Under the pieces are notes generated by a model that searched no databases, had not been told where the DNA came from, and worked only from the letters and a program-made list of their open reading frames with translations. The position numbers were made by a program, and so were the translations under genes. From NCBI GenBank assembly GCA_965140445.1, contig OZ223236.1, positions 4,288,001-4,352,000 on the forward strand: a stretch of DNA of 64,000 nucleotides, in the 5' to 3' direction. This DNA is from Candidatus Ozemobacteraceae bacterium (GTDB lineage: Bacteria; Muiribacteriota; Ozemobacteria; Ozemobacterales; Ozemobacteraceae). Below, one piece after another: positions 1 through 9,112 of the stretch (position 1 is its first letter; the number at the start of each line of letters is the position of its first letter).

Positions 1-9
1 ATTTTAAAT

Positions 10-140
10 GTCTAACGCCAAGATCAGCGGATTTGGGGGCGAACGGAATTTGGACACGCCGAAAACAAAACATGCCAAAAAGAGCCGCCAACTCTCGTTT
101 GGAGCAGGCCCCCAAATTCCGCTGCATCATACTGTTGGGC
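10..140 (-). repeat. attC site (singleton family C, 131 bp)
   Basis: Minus strand: GCCCAAC-AGTAT-GAT[G]CAGCGG[A]ATTTGGGGG...CCCCCAAATCCGCTGATC-TTGGC-GTTAGAC. Confidence 0.88.
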
Positions 141-144
141 ATTT

Positions 145-1128
145 TCATTTTATTTTTCTATCTTTCATAATTTTTTCAATTCCATTTTTTGCAAATGAAA
201 TCATTTGGGACGAGGAAAAGGCAATTACTTGATTTAAAGAAATTTTATTAACTGAGCCTCTCAATATTTGAAAACCAATGTAATAGCCGATTCGATCATT
301 AAGTCCAACCTTCGCACCCCCTTTAACTTTGAACAAATAGTTGTATAAATCGTCTACATTTGGGGATGCAATCTTGGACAATAAGTTGGGCAATATTTTG
401 GGTAAATCTCTTTCGGAATCTTTAACATAGCTTTCTGATTCAACCATGAAATGCTTGTTAATCGAAAGTTCGGGAAACAAAGAATAGGTATAAAAAACCG
501 CGCACCCTTCAAAAAGAAGAGGAAAATAAAGTTTCTCAACAATTTTATTGCCTGCTTGAAGAAACTTTTTCATATGGTAAAGATGAAACAATTCATGTTG
601 AATTGTAATTTTCAGACATTCAACATTAAAGAAAGTATCTGCTGAAAGAAGAAGGCAATTTTTGTTCTTAATTAAATCTGCTTTGGCATTAAAAAATGGG
701 CACCCACATAAAATTACTATTTCATTTTCACCGGCCTGAAAATCGGAAAATTTCTTTTTAAACAAATCCATCATTTCTTCAACATGGCTTTTGGCTTCTT
801 TATCAAACCATGAGAAAAGCTGAAAATATTTATCATAATTTAATAGAATTGTTTCGAGTTCTTCTTTAATTTGGTTAATTTCTTTTTCTTTGACACCATT
901 CGGGAAAAATATGGGACAAAGGAAATCTTTATTTGGCAAAAAATATTTTTGGTACCAAATAAAAAATCTCTTTTCCGGTGGACTGCTTTTTGCGATCTGC
1001 ATAAAATTCAAAAAATCGCCTGAAGTATTTTGAATCTTAAGCTCTGCACAGAAGGCACAATTAAATATAAAAAGAAAAAACGCAGAAATTATTAATCTTG
1101 AAAATTTACCCAAAGTTACTTTCTTCAC
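145..1128 (-). CDS. Cassette gene: secreted zincin-type putative Zn-dependent peptidase (DUF2268-like)
   Basis: Signal peptide; HELFH (HExxH) plus downstream LFEG; C-terminal RIGYYIGF. Confidence 0.65.
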   Translation of the reverse strand: MKKVTLGKFSRLIISAFFLFIFNCAFCAELKIQNTSGDFLNFMQIAKSSPPEKRFFIWYQKYFLPNKDFLCPIFFPNGVKEKEINQIKEELETILLNYDKYFQLFSWFDKEAKSHVEEMMDLFKKKFSDFQAGENEIVILCGCPFFNAKADLIKNKNCLLLSADTFFNVECLKITIQHELFHLYHMKKFLQAGNKIVEKLYFPLLFEGCAVFYTYSLFPELSINKHFMVESESYVKDSERDLPKILPNLLSKIASPNVDDLYNYLFKVKGGAKVGLNDRIGYYIGFQILRGSVNKISLNQVIAFSSSQMISFAKNGIEKIMKDRKIK

Positions 1129-1148
1129 CGAAAACCTCCCCTAAATTT

Positions 1149-1249
1149 GCCCAACGTCGGTCGTGACCGGAAAAAGCCAAGATGGCGCGGGGATTGCTCC
1201 GCAAGACCCGTGACAGCGGCTTTTTTCCGAGTCGACGCTCTTGTTATAC
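1149..1249 (-). repeat. attC site (family A')
   Basis: + strand GCCCAAC..CGTGACCGGAAAAAGCC..TTTTTTCCGAGTCGACGCTCTT-GTTATAC. Confidence 0.92.
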
Positions 1250-1251
1250 GT

Positions 1252-1821
1252 CTAAATTTTAATTTTTATCAAACCGGATTTTATTCGCTCAACCAAATTT
1301 GGTTGGAATTTTTCTACCAATTCCATATATCTGGGATTATCTTGTATCCAAGATATGCATTTCATTACTAAATCATTGTCATCATCAGGGATATCATCAA
1401 TGCGATCAGGATAATATTTAATGATTAGCTTCCCTTGTTGTGTTAGCGATAGCAAGTATTCTTTCGCATTGTCAATCTTGACCTCATGAAGGACCGGCAC
1501 CTCGCCTGGACATACTACTTCTTCATCCCAAGAAGTCTGATTTTCCAAAAATCCTGCTGCAGAAAGAGTGTAAATATATCCTTTAACCTCGTTATATCTT
1601 TTTTCGAATGCACCTTTTAATCTTTCACAAATATACGGAAGTCCGCTTACTTTATCTCTTCCAACTTGACAAGTTAGATCTCCACCCAGTGTGCCGAGAA
1701 AAACTGCAGTCATAACAATATCTTTTGTTGCATAAACCCACTTTTTATAATGGGTGCTTACACTTGGGCGAATCATTTCAAGCCCAGAAATAGAAGATGA
1801 GTGATAAACGAATTTTTCCAT
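1252..1821 (-). CDS. Cassette gene: hypothetical protein, possible ADP-ribosyltransferase-like fold
   Basis: Fills the cassette; VYHSS..L..IRP, VYAT, GYIY, EEVV pattern. Confidence 0.5.
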   Translation of the reverse strand: MEKFVYHSSSISGLEMIRPSVSTHYKKWVYATKDIVMTAVFLGTLGGDLTCQVGRDKVSGLPYICERLKGAFEKRYNEVKGYIYTLSAAGFLENQTSWDEEVVCPGEVPVLHEVKIDNAKEYLLSLTQQGKLIIKYYPDRIDDIPDDDNDLVMKCISWIQDNPRYMELVEKFQPNLVERIKSGLIKIKI

Positions 1822-1837
1822 TTTTCTCCTTTTTTAC

Positions 1838-1972
1838 GTATAACGCTTGTCGTGACCGGACGCCGAGCAGCGCCTTCGGCAAGCGAGGGAATCGGTGCTG
1901 GCGAAAAAGTTGCCGAGTTTTCGCAACTTTTTTTGCCAGCATCGACGTTCCGTGTCGACGCACTTGTTATGT
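1838..1972 (-). repeat. attC site (family B, 135 bp)
   Basis: GTATAAC..CGTGACCGGACGCCGAG..GCTGGCGAAAAAGTTGC..GCAACTTTTTTTGCCAGC..GTCGACGCACTT-GTTATGT. Confidence 0.92.
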
Positions 1973-2485
1973 TGCATTTTCTAACCATTTTTGGGCTTCT
2001 TCAATTAAATACTCTTCAAATTTTTTTTCAGCTTCTGATCTTGGTAAATCAGTATGATACAGAATCATGGAACCATCTTTACAATCCCAAATTTCACGAA
2101 GCCAGCAAAAGATATTTTCAAGTCCAAGATTATCACCAACAAACTCTTTATCAGGAAATTCGTTCAACAATTCATGATAAACATGCCAATAAATAAAAGA
2201 GGCTCCTTCTTCTGGAGATATAACTCTTTCAACTAATTTTTCTAATTTCATTTGAATGACTGTTTTGGCGGCTTCAAGTCTTGTTGGTTCATTTAAGCCC
2301 AATTCGTTCATGGTTTGTTGAAAAATTGGAGCAACCTCTGACATAATTGGGTTTGAAATGAAAACAAACTCTCCAAGACTTTTTGTGTACAAACCATCAT
2401 TAAGCCAATCATTTGTAATCATCACAATGTCTTCGCTACTTATTTGATTCAATTTGAACAATGAGTATGCTTCTATTGGTTTCAT
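1967..2485 (-). CDS. Cassette gene: acidic hypothetical protein
   Basis: 172-aa ORF fills the cassette; its TAA stop lies inside the attC R'' box (ACATAAC), a classic cassette signature. Confidence 0.8.
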   Translation of the reverse strand: MKPIEAYSLFKLNQISSEDIVMITNDWLNDGLYTKSLGEFVFISNPIMSEVAPIFQQTMNELGLNEPTRLEAAKTVIQMKLEKLVERVISPEEGASFIYWHVYHELLNEFPDKEFVGDNLGLENIFCWLREIWDCKDGSMILYHTDLPRSEAEKKFEEYLIEEAQKWLENAT

Positions 2486-2497
2486 ATTTTTTCTGCA

Positions 2498-2597
2498 ACA
2501 TAACGCCAGTCGTGACCGGAAATTGCCAGATGGCGTGGGGATTGCTCCGCAAGACCCGTGACAGCGGCTATTTTCCGAGTCAACGCACTTGTTATGC
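2498..2597 (-). repeat. attC site (family A')
   Basis: ACATAAC..CGTGACCGGAAATTGCC..TTTTCCGAGTCAACGCACTT-GTTATGC; near copy of 1149-1249. Confidence 0.92.
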
Positions 2598-2611
2598 TAT
2601 TCTTTCACTTT

Positions 2612-2899
2612 TCATTTGTCTTCAATTAATATTGAAGAGCCATCCTCAATCGAGTTAAACAAAAAATCCTCCTCAAACTCATCCTTTGCTTGGATTGAAA
2701 TTACCACTTCAGATTCTTGAATTTTTGTATAATCCATGAAATTTACCTCAAAAATCTCTTTTTTTAAAAAAAGACCACTATCAATCCATAGAACAATACT
2801 TTGGCCTTTCGTCACTTTTCCAGAAAGCACTTCACCACCGAAAAACAAATAGTCTTTTCCAGCCAACTTAAATTTCCTATTTACTTTAAATTTATTCAT
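2612..2899 (-). CDS. Cassette gene 2 of 2: small beta-rich protein resembling an EF-Tu domain II-like barrel
   Basis: FKVNRKFKLAGK..FFGGEVLSGKVTKGQSI pattern; 95 aa. Confidence 0.5.
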   Translation of the reverse strand: MNKFKVNRKFKLAGKDYLFFGGEVLSGKVTKGQSIVLWIDSGLFLKKEIFEVNFMDYTKIQESEVVISIQAKDEFEEDFLFNSIEDGSSILIEDK

Positions 2900-2950
2900 T
2901 TTTTCGAAATTCTGTTCTTCGATTCAAAATTTTGCAAGGTCTCGCATTGT

Positions 2951-3304
2951 TTATGCTGGTTCTTCGGTTATAGGACCGGCCCATTGAAGTTTTTCTTTTA
3001 GATTTTCTGGAATTTCATTCATTAATCTTGCAATAGATTTGAGGTTTTCAAGATAATTCCAGCTTTGTTTCCCATTTTCATAATATCTTTTTGCATGAAA
3101 TTTCAAGAAGTGAAAATCATGGTCACCAAAACCAGCTTTGGTTATTGATAAGCTAATATTGTGAACAAGCTCAGCCTCTTCATACAACCACGCTTTGTTT
3201 TCTGTTAAAGTTTTATTGTCCCAGGTTAAGGAGTTTCTAATCAAGGGAAGAGCCCGAATTAGTAAATCAATGTAAATTTTTTGTTTTAATGATTCTTTTT
3301 CCAT
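2951..3304 (-). CDS. Cassette gene 1 of 2: hypothetical protein
   Basis: 117-aa ATG ORF co-oriented with the array. Confidence 0.7.
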   Translation of the reverse strand: MEKESLKQKIYIDLLIRALPLIRNSLTWDNKTLTENKAWLYEEAELVHNISLSITKAGFGDHDFHFLKFHAKRYYENGKQSWNYLENLKSIARLMNEIPENLKEKLQWAGPITEEPA

Positions 3305-3378
3305 GGTCTCAAAATTTCCTGTCTCAATCGATATATTAACAAACCCTTCGGGTTAATTTAAATTCTTATCTTCAATCA

Positions 3379-3480
3379 GCATAACGCATGTCGTGACCGG
3401 AAAAACGAGACGGGCGCGGGTCTTGCGACCGCAAGACCCGTGATCCGGCCGGTTTTTCCGCGTCGACGCACTTGTTATGC
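3379..3480 (-). repeat. attC site (family A)
   Basis: GCATAAC..CGTGACCGGAAAAACGAGACGGGCGCGGG..GCAAGACCCGTGATCCGGCCGGTTTTTCCGCGTCGACGCACTT-GTTATGC. Confidence 0.93.
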
Positions 3481-3513
3481 TTGATTTTAGGGTATTCTTT
3501 TGCATTTTTCTAT

Positions 3514-3768
3514 TTAGTTTTCTTTGTTACTTTTTCTTTTGGATTTTATCCACCAATCAATGCATTTGTAATGAAAATACAAGAAAGCAAGAAACATAAA
3601 AAGTGTAATAAATCTGGTTAACCAAGTATTGTCTCCTTCAACTTTTGCCATCAAGACAATTCCTAAAATTGCGAAAACTACAGGGAAAATTACTTGTCCA
3701 ACCAAGCTCAACAAAAACTGCCCGTATCCAATCATCAATTCACATATTATCTTTTTTAATATTCTCAT
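3514..3768 (-). CDS. Cassette gene: small membrane protein
   Basis: 84 aa with two hydrophobic stretches. Confidence 0.65.
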   Translation of the reverse strand: MRILKKIICELMIGYGQFLLSLVGQVIFPVVFAILGIVLMAKVEGDNTWLTRFITLFMFLAFLYFHYKCIDWWIKSKRKSNKEN

Positions 3769-3981
3769 TTCATTATCTTTTTTCGACTAGTTTTGCTGAC
3801 ATTTTTCTTCTGTTGATATGTCCCGCAACTTCTAATTTATTATTTGATTTTTTCTTTTCTCGCAGACAAAAGCGAGGCATTTGGGCGCAAAAATTGCTTT
3901 TTCAGCAATTTTTGTGACCGCCTCGGTATTTACCAAAAAGCTTTCGTTGGCTATTTTGGTTATTTTTTTCTTCTTTTTTAT

Positions 3982-4083
3982 GCATAACGTCTGTCGTGAC
4001 CGGAAAAACTAGACGGGCGCGGGTGTTGCGTCAGCAAGACCCGTGATCCGGCCGGTTTTTCCGCGTCGACGCACTTGTTAAAC
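3982..4083 (-). repeat. attC site (family A)
   Basis: GCATAAC...GTTAAAC; near-identical to 3379-3480. Confidence 0.93.
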
Positions 4084-4269
4084 TTGCTCTCATAATTTTG
4101 ATTTATTCTTCATCTATTCTTATTTTTAGCATAGATTTTGTGTGCCCTGAAAGCAGAAAAAACATGGCTGCTCAAACTGGTTAGAATTGAATCGTCAGAT
4201 AGTGTTCCAGAACGCATTAAGGTTTTGAGCGAAAGGGGGCAATCTCTTGAAATAAAGCAGCTTAAATTG

Positions 4270-5475
4270 CTATTCCCAACGCAGGGCTTCTATCGGATCG
4301 AGCTGAGCGGCCTGCCAGGCGGGGTAGAAGCCAAAAAAGATGCCAACTCCTGTGGAAATTATCAGAGCGAGCAGGATACTATTCATTTCGAGAACAGTGG
4401 AATAGCCGGCAAAATGCTCAATGGCAGTGGCTACACCGTACCCGAAGACAATGCCGAGTATACCTCCAAGACAGCTGATTAAAATTGACTCAAGCAAAAA
4501 TTGTAAGAGAATATCCTTGTTCTGTCCGCCAATTGCTTTCCTTACGCCGATTTCCCGGGTTCGCTCGGAGACGGTCAATAGCATCATGTTCATGATACCG
4601 ATTCCCCCAACCACCATGGATATTCCTGCGATGCTACCGAGAAGCACGGTGAACGTTCGAGAAACTTCGGAAGCAGTCGCAAGGAGCTCAGCCTGGTTAA
4701 ATACCTGAAAGTCATTGTCGGTATCAGGTAACAAGTTATGTTGCTTGCGGAGCATGAGGGTTATATTGTTCTGAATCGCGTTCATGTCACAGTTTTCTCC
4801 CCCTCGAACATCAATGTCCTGAATGCGAGTAGCTCCCATCATTTTCTTCATAGCCACCGTATAGGGAACGATCACAGCTTGGTCCGGGTTATCTCGATCC
4901 CGGTCGCCCTTGGCTTTCAGAATTCCGATGACTCGGAAATCTTCGCCGTTGATTCGAATATTTTCTCCCAGAGGGTCGGTTGTGTCGAAGAGTTCTGTTG
5001 CGAGGGTAGAGCCGATAACAACCACTCGCATTGATTTTTCTGTTTCAAACTCAGTGAAAATGCGGCCGCGTTCTGTCTGCAGACTGCGAGTTGAGAAATA
5101 GGTCACGGCAGTGCCGATAATGCTGGCTGGCGCATTCTGTTCATAGTATTTCACCTGACCCTGATCTCTAACTATTGGTGCTACTTCAGCGATTTGGGGA
5201 ATTGCTAGAAGAGACTGAGCATCTTCCAGAGTCAAATTCTGTCTTGCTGCACCTGCCGCACCTTGACTGCGTGACCTGGTTGGCCGAACGCTCAACAGAT
5301 TTGTGCCCATATTCGATACTTTTTGAGTGACTTCCATCTGGGCTCCTGCTCCCACTGCCAACATGGAAATGACGGCTCCCACCCCGATAATAATACCGAG
5401 CATGGCCAAAAAAGACCGAAGCCCACTTGAATATAAGCTTTGAAGTGCTACTCGAACTGTAGTCCAAAATAACAT
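4270..5475 (-). CDS. MacB-family ABC transporter permease
   Basis: LRSFLAMLGIIIGVGAVI, GGIGIMNMML.TVSERTREIGVRKAIG, FYPAWQAAQLDPIEALR; ATG 5475 overlaps the ATPase stop (ATGA). Confidence 0.93.
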   Translation of the reverse strand: MLFWTTVRVALQSLYSSGLRSFLAMLGIIIGVGAVISMLAVGAGAQMEVTQKVSNMGTNLLSVRPTRSRSQGAAGAARQNLTLEDAQSLLAIPQIAEVAPIVRDQGQVKYYEQNAPASIIGTAVTYFSTRSLQTERGRIFTEFETEKSMRVVVIGSTLATELFDTTDPLGENIRINGEDFRVIGILKAKGDRDRDNPDQAVIVPYTVAMKKMMGATRIQDIDVRGGENCDMNAIQNNITLMLRKQHNLLPDTDNDFQVFNQAELLATASEVSRTFTVLLGSIAGISMVVGGIGIMNMMLLTVSERTREIGVRKAIGGQNKDILLQFLLESILISCLGGILGIVFGYGVATAIEHFAGYSTVLEMNSILLALIISTGVGIFFGFYPAWQAAQLDPIEALRWE

Positions 5476-6155
5476 CAGGAATTGCCTCCTTTGCCAGGAG
5501 TTGTTACGAGGCCGTCTTTTAAAACAATCTGTCGACCACATTGTGCAGCAACCCCTGGGTCGTGCGTGACGATGATGATAGTACGCTCCTCGGCATGCAG
5601 GCTGTGAAAAAGCTGCATGATATCCTTACTGGTTACACTATCGACGGCACCAGTAGGTTCGTCAGCGAGAATTACGCTTGGCTCGTTTACCAGGGCGCGA
5701 GCGATGGCAACGCGCTGGCATTGGCCGCCGGAAAGCTGATTCGGAAAATGTTCTATCCGATTTGCCAACCCGACGCGCTCCAGAGCCTGCCGAGCTCGGT
5801 CTACGGCCCCTGTGTTTGCCCGCGCATATAGCAGCGGTAATTCAACATTCTGCAAGGCATTAAGTCGGGGAAGAAGATTGAAGGTCTGGAAGACGAAACC
5901 GATGCGGCGACTGCGAATTGTTGCCAACTGCTGCTGCGAAAGGTTTGATACTTCTTCTTCAGCCAGGCGATAAGTTCCTGAGTCCGGACTTGAAAGACAA
6001 CCGAGAATATTCATCAGAGTCGTCTTGCCGCTACCGGAGGAACCGGTGATAGCAACCATCTCGCCACGTTTAATGTTGAGATTGACGCCTCTCAGAGCAT
6101 AGACAGCGCCTGCCTCCATGGGAAAGGTTTTGCGAATTTCTTCGAGCTGTACCAT
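5475..6155 (-). CDS. MacB/LolD-family ABC transporter ATP-binding protein
   Basis: Walker A GSSGSGKT, signature LSGGQCQR, Walker [13 protein letters not shown]. Confidence 0.95.
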   Translation of the reverse strand: MVQLEEIRKTFPMEAGAVYALRGVNLNIKRGEMVAITGSSGSGKTTLMNILGCLSSPDSGTYRLAEEEVSNLSQQQLATIRSRRIGFVFQTFNLLPRLNALQNVELPLLYARANTGAVDRARQALERVGLANRIEHFPNQLSGGQCQRVAIARALVNEPSVILADEPTGAVDSVTSKDIMQLFHSLHAEERTIIIVTHDPGVAAQCGRQIVLKDGLVTTPGKGGNS

Positions 6156-6156
6156 G

Positions 6157-7545
6157 TTATCGGCCTTTCATGGGCATTGCCGGAGCTTGCGGGCCTTGCG
6201 GACCTTGCGGACCTTGCGGACCTTGTGGCCCTTGGGCATCTTCCTGCTCACTGGTTTGGCGCCATTTACTCAATGCCGTCTGTTGATTAATTTCAACCCG
6301 GTCGCCCTCTTGCAGGCCGGTTTTGATCTCGGTTAGCGTTCCATCGCTGATTCCTGTCTCAACCAGTTTTTCAGAGGTTGTGCCGTCTTCTTTTATCAAC
6401 CGAACGAAGAGCTGAGTTCCTTTGCGGAAAATGGCTTCCGAAGGCACGGATAGACATTTTTCTCGTTCCTCCACCAGAATATCAACACTGGCGGTCATCT
6501 GTGGTTTGAGTATGCTTTTACGGGGATCGGTTATTTCTATCTTGGTCTCGAAAGTGACCACATTAGAGGAATTGCGCCCTTCTGGCGAAATGCGAACCAC
6601 TGTGCCGCTGAACTCCTCGCCGGGAAAGGCATCCACGCTAATCTTGGCATTCTGACCATTGCGAAGTTTGCCGATAGAGCTCTCATCGATATAGGCAAGC
6701 ACAAAAATCTGTGAAAGATCTATCAGGGTGAGAATTGTTGTGCCACCCCCCACATTGCTGATTCCTGAGGAAACGATTTGTCCTATCTGCACGTTACGTA
6801 TGGAAACGATGCCATCCATAGGGGCTGTGATACTGGTTTCCTGAAGTCGCTGACGAGCGATTGAAAGATCAATTTTTCGTGATTCAACTTCCGTTTTTGA
6901 AATTTGCACATCCTGGCGTTTTTGCTCCAGGCTCAATTTTTCGAGTTCAACGTTAGCCAGTTCGATCCGAGCGGCATCCTCATTGCATTTATCAACTATG
7001 GCGAGTGATTGTGCATTATCATAGTCTTCCTGACTGACGATTTTTTTTCCAAGGAGCGTTTTCAGGCGAGTTGCTTTTTTGCTCGAATTTTGTGCTTGTT
7101 CTTTGGCCTTTTTTAATTCTGTCTGTGCGCGGTCGCGCAGAATTACAACATTGCGAGTGGCAATTGTGAGGCTTTGCTCAGCCTGAGCCAGGCGACTAAC
7201 TGCTGCATCCAGACTTACTTCTGCCTGTCTGACGTTGTTTTCTTCGTCTCTTGGATCAAGCTCCATAAGCAGATCACCTTTTTTAACTGCATCGCTTTCA
7301 TCAAATGGAAGTTTCAGGATTGTACCACTGGCTTTACATTTTACTTCCACGGATAAATTTGGTATGACCTGTCCCGTGCCAGTAACTGTTGTCTGGAGAG
7401 TTCCTGACGTAACCAGTTCACTTTTTATCTGTGCGGAGCCAGACTTATCTTTCTCTGCGACTTTCTGTAACTGTGCAAAGGAAATTCCAATTCCGGCAAG
7501 AATCAGAAAAACAAAGAGCACCTTCAAATTTGTTTTCATAGTCAT
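6157..7545 (-). CDS. MacA-like efflux membrane-fusion (periplasmic adaptor) protein with GPQ-repeat tail
   Basis: N-terminal TM; VEVKCKASGTI..VKKGDLL lipoyl half, coiled hairpin, ITAPMDGIV, LKPQMTA. Confidence 0.92.
   Translation of the reverse strand: MTMKTNLKVLFVFLILAGIGISFAQLQKVAEKDKSGSAQIKSELVTSGTLQTTVTGTGQVIPNLSVEVKCKASGTILKLPFDESDAVKKGDLLMELDPRDEENNVRQAEVSLDAAVSRLAQAEQSLTIATRNVVILRDRAQTELKKAKEQAQNSSKKATRLKTLLGKKIVSQEDYDNAQSLAIVDKCNEDAARIELANVELEKLSLEQKRQDVQISKTEVESRKIDLSIARQRLQETSITAPMDGIVSIRNVQIGQIVSSGISNVGGGTTILTLIDLSQIFVLAYIDESSIGKLRNGQNAKISVDAFPGEEFSGTVVRISPEGRNSSNVVTFETKIEITDPRKSILKPQMTASVDILVEEREKCLSVPSEAIFRKGTQLFVRLIKEDGTTSEKLVETGISDGTLTEIKTGLQEGDRVEINQQTALSKWRQTSEQEDAQGPQGPQGPQGPQGPQAPAMPMKGR
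6187..6234 (-). repeat. In-frame 9-bp tandem repeat encoding (GPQ)n
   Basis: TTGCGGACC-type units on + strand; protein QGPQGPQGPQGPQGPQ. Confidence 0.9.
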
Positions 7546-7586
7546 AGCTCCAAGGTGTGAATGGTTTCAATAAAGAAGTCAGGCAA

Positions 7587-8075
7587 TCAAGAGCCTTCGG
7601 GTGTATAACTTTCTGACTCCTTGAATACGTCCACCATTAAGGCTTTTAATCGAACTTTTTGTTCTTGATTGCAGAATTCGCTGACTTCCAAAAGGTGTTT
7701 ATAAGAAATTTCTTCCAGAGCCCGCGAACAGGAAGCCAGTTCATCCAGCATTCGAATGGCCGCAACTGGATCGACAGAATCATCGAAAAGACTCATGATC
7801 AAGCTTTGCCGGACTTGCCGAGTTTGATCGCGAAGTTTGTTCGTGCTGATCCGGAAGTTTTGGCGGGCTGCCTGAAATCTGGCAACCTGATCTGGTGACA
7901 TTTTAAGCTGTTTCTCTATGAAAATATCTGCCTCACGTGTAAGGTTCTGATCTCGTGGCTTTGGAGAGATTAAAGGGAGCATGTGTGGCCACGTCAGAAG
8001 ACCTAGCAGAACAATATTCAGCAGGCCCAGTATTATCACCGACAAGCTTAGTTTTTTCGTTTTTTCCATGATCAA
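7587..8075 (-). CDS. Spy/CpxP-like (periplasmic heavy-metal-sensor-like) protein
   Basis: N-terminal TM; LKMSPDQ and FCNQEQK resemble paired LTxxQ motifs. Confidence 0.65.
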   Translation of the reverse strand: MIMEKTKKLSLSVIILGLLNIVLLGLLTWPHMLPLISPKPRDQNLTREADIFIEKQLKMSPDQVARFQAARQNFRISTNKLRDQTRQVRQSLIMSLFDDSVDPVAAIRMLDELASCSRALEEISYKHLLEVSEFCNQEQKVRLKALMVDVFKESESYTPEGS

Positions 8076-8407
8076 AAACCTCCAGATCTTTCATCCGCTT
8101 TGGCCGGAAAAAAGGATAGTGTTGTACCACGCCCTTCAAGGGCTATTTCCCGAAGAATTTTGCTGCGGTTTTTACTTGTTTGAGCTTTCCAGATCCAGGT
8201 CAGAGCCGCTCCGTTTAGAAAAATGAGCATGACGGCCATGGCAATCGCCAGGTTGGGTTGCCAGCCCGTCTGGCTTGTTTCTTTAGCGGATATGTTGACT
8301 GAAGTCAGAACGCGCTGGGCAAACGATTCGGAGGCCTGGCAAGGGTGAACTTCATCCAGGCTGGCCAAGGTTGCGTCAATTTCTTTATTCATTTGCTTTA
8401 CATTCAT
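8072..8407 (-). CDS. Putative anti-sigma factor (single TM)
   Basis: Directly downstream of the ECF sigma; ASESFAQRV then one TM. Confidence 0.6.
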   Translation of the reverse strand: MNVKQMNKEIDATLASLDEVHPCQASESFAQRVLTSVNISAKETSQTGWQPNLAIAMAVMLIFLNGAALTWIWKAQTSKNRSKILREIALEGRGTTLSFFPAKADERSGGF

Positions 8408-8414
8408 GATTGCC

Positions 8415-9062
8415 TTACTCCTTCTCAGTATTTTCTTCCGGGCATCCGGGGGTGTTATCTTTCTGGTAATAGCTCTTTAAATGCTGTCTAAGATTTCTTC
8501 GAGACCGGAATAGCAATGACTCGACTGCGGCAACTGATGTTTCCATAATTTCCGCAATTTCATTTCCTTGCAGATGTTCAAAGTTCGCCAAGGTGTAGGC
8601 TGTGCGCTGGGTCTCAGGTAGATTGTCGATCGCTTTCATCAAAATTTTTGCCCGTTCGCGTTGTTCTATTACGACGAGAGGGTCTTTCTCTACGGAGGTG
8701 ACGGCCAGTAATTTGTTTAATCCTACCAACCCGAGAACCCAATTCCAGCGTTGATCTCGCTTTCGTTTACGCAGGATATCCAACGAGGTGCGAGTGGCAA
8801 TCCGATACAACCAGGTCGATAGCTTGCATTCACCCCTAAATGTGGATAGGGCTTTCCAGGCCTTGAGAAAGACTTCCTGAGAAGCGTCTTCCGCATCCGA
8901 ACGGTTATGAAGAAAGCCGTAACAGGTGTTGACTATCTGGTCTTGATAGGTGTCCAGCAGATAGGCAAGCGTTATTTGCCCCTGCTTCAATGCTTCGGCA
9001 CTGGTGTGTGTATCAATTTTAAGCGTCTTATTCAAAATCAGTTTTTTTGTTTGCTCATTCAT
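8415..9062 (-). CDS. ECF RNA polymerase sigma factor (start probably 9062; ORF open to 9170)
   Basis: DAEDASQEVFLKAW, STWLYRIA (region 2); LPETQRTA..EIAEIM..AVESLLFRSR (region 4). Confidence 0.93.
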   Translation of the reverse strand: MNEQTKKLILNKTLKIDTHTSAEALKQGQITLAYLLDTYQDQIVNTCYGFLHNRSDAEDASQEVFLKAWKALSTFRGECKLSTWLYRIATRTSLDILRKRKRDQRWNWVLGLVGLNKLLAVTSVEKDPLVVIEQRERAKILMKAIDNLPETQRTAYTLANFEHLQGNEIAEIMETSVAAVESLLFRSRRNLRQHLKSYYQKDNTPGCPEENTEKE

Positions 9063-9084
9063 GTATTTTCGGGTTTCAATATAG

Positions 9085-9112
9085 TAGACGATAGAAAATC
9101 GAAAAACTTGCG
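9085..9112 (-). promoter_or_regulatory. Putative ECF-type promoter upstream of the sigma gene
   Basis: Minus strand CGCAAG-N16-CGTCTA about 22 nt before the ATG; CGT -10 core is typical of ECF promoters. Confidence 0.45.

Noticed and set aside
1147..2658. Plus-strand and short ORFs crossing attC sites (1147-1371, 1773-1988, 1797-2057, 2461-2658; also 8-232 and 9321-9689)
   Set aside because: They are translations of attC palindromes, with recurring peptides such as FRVDALV
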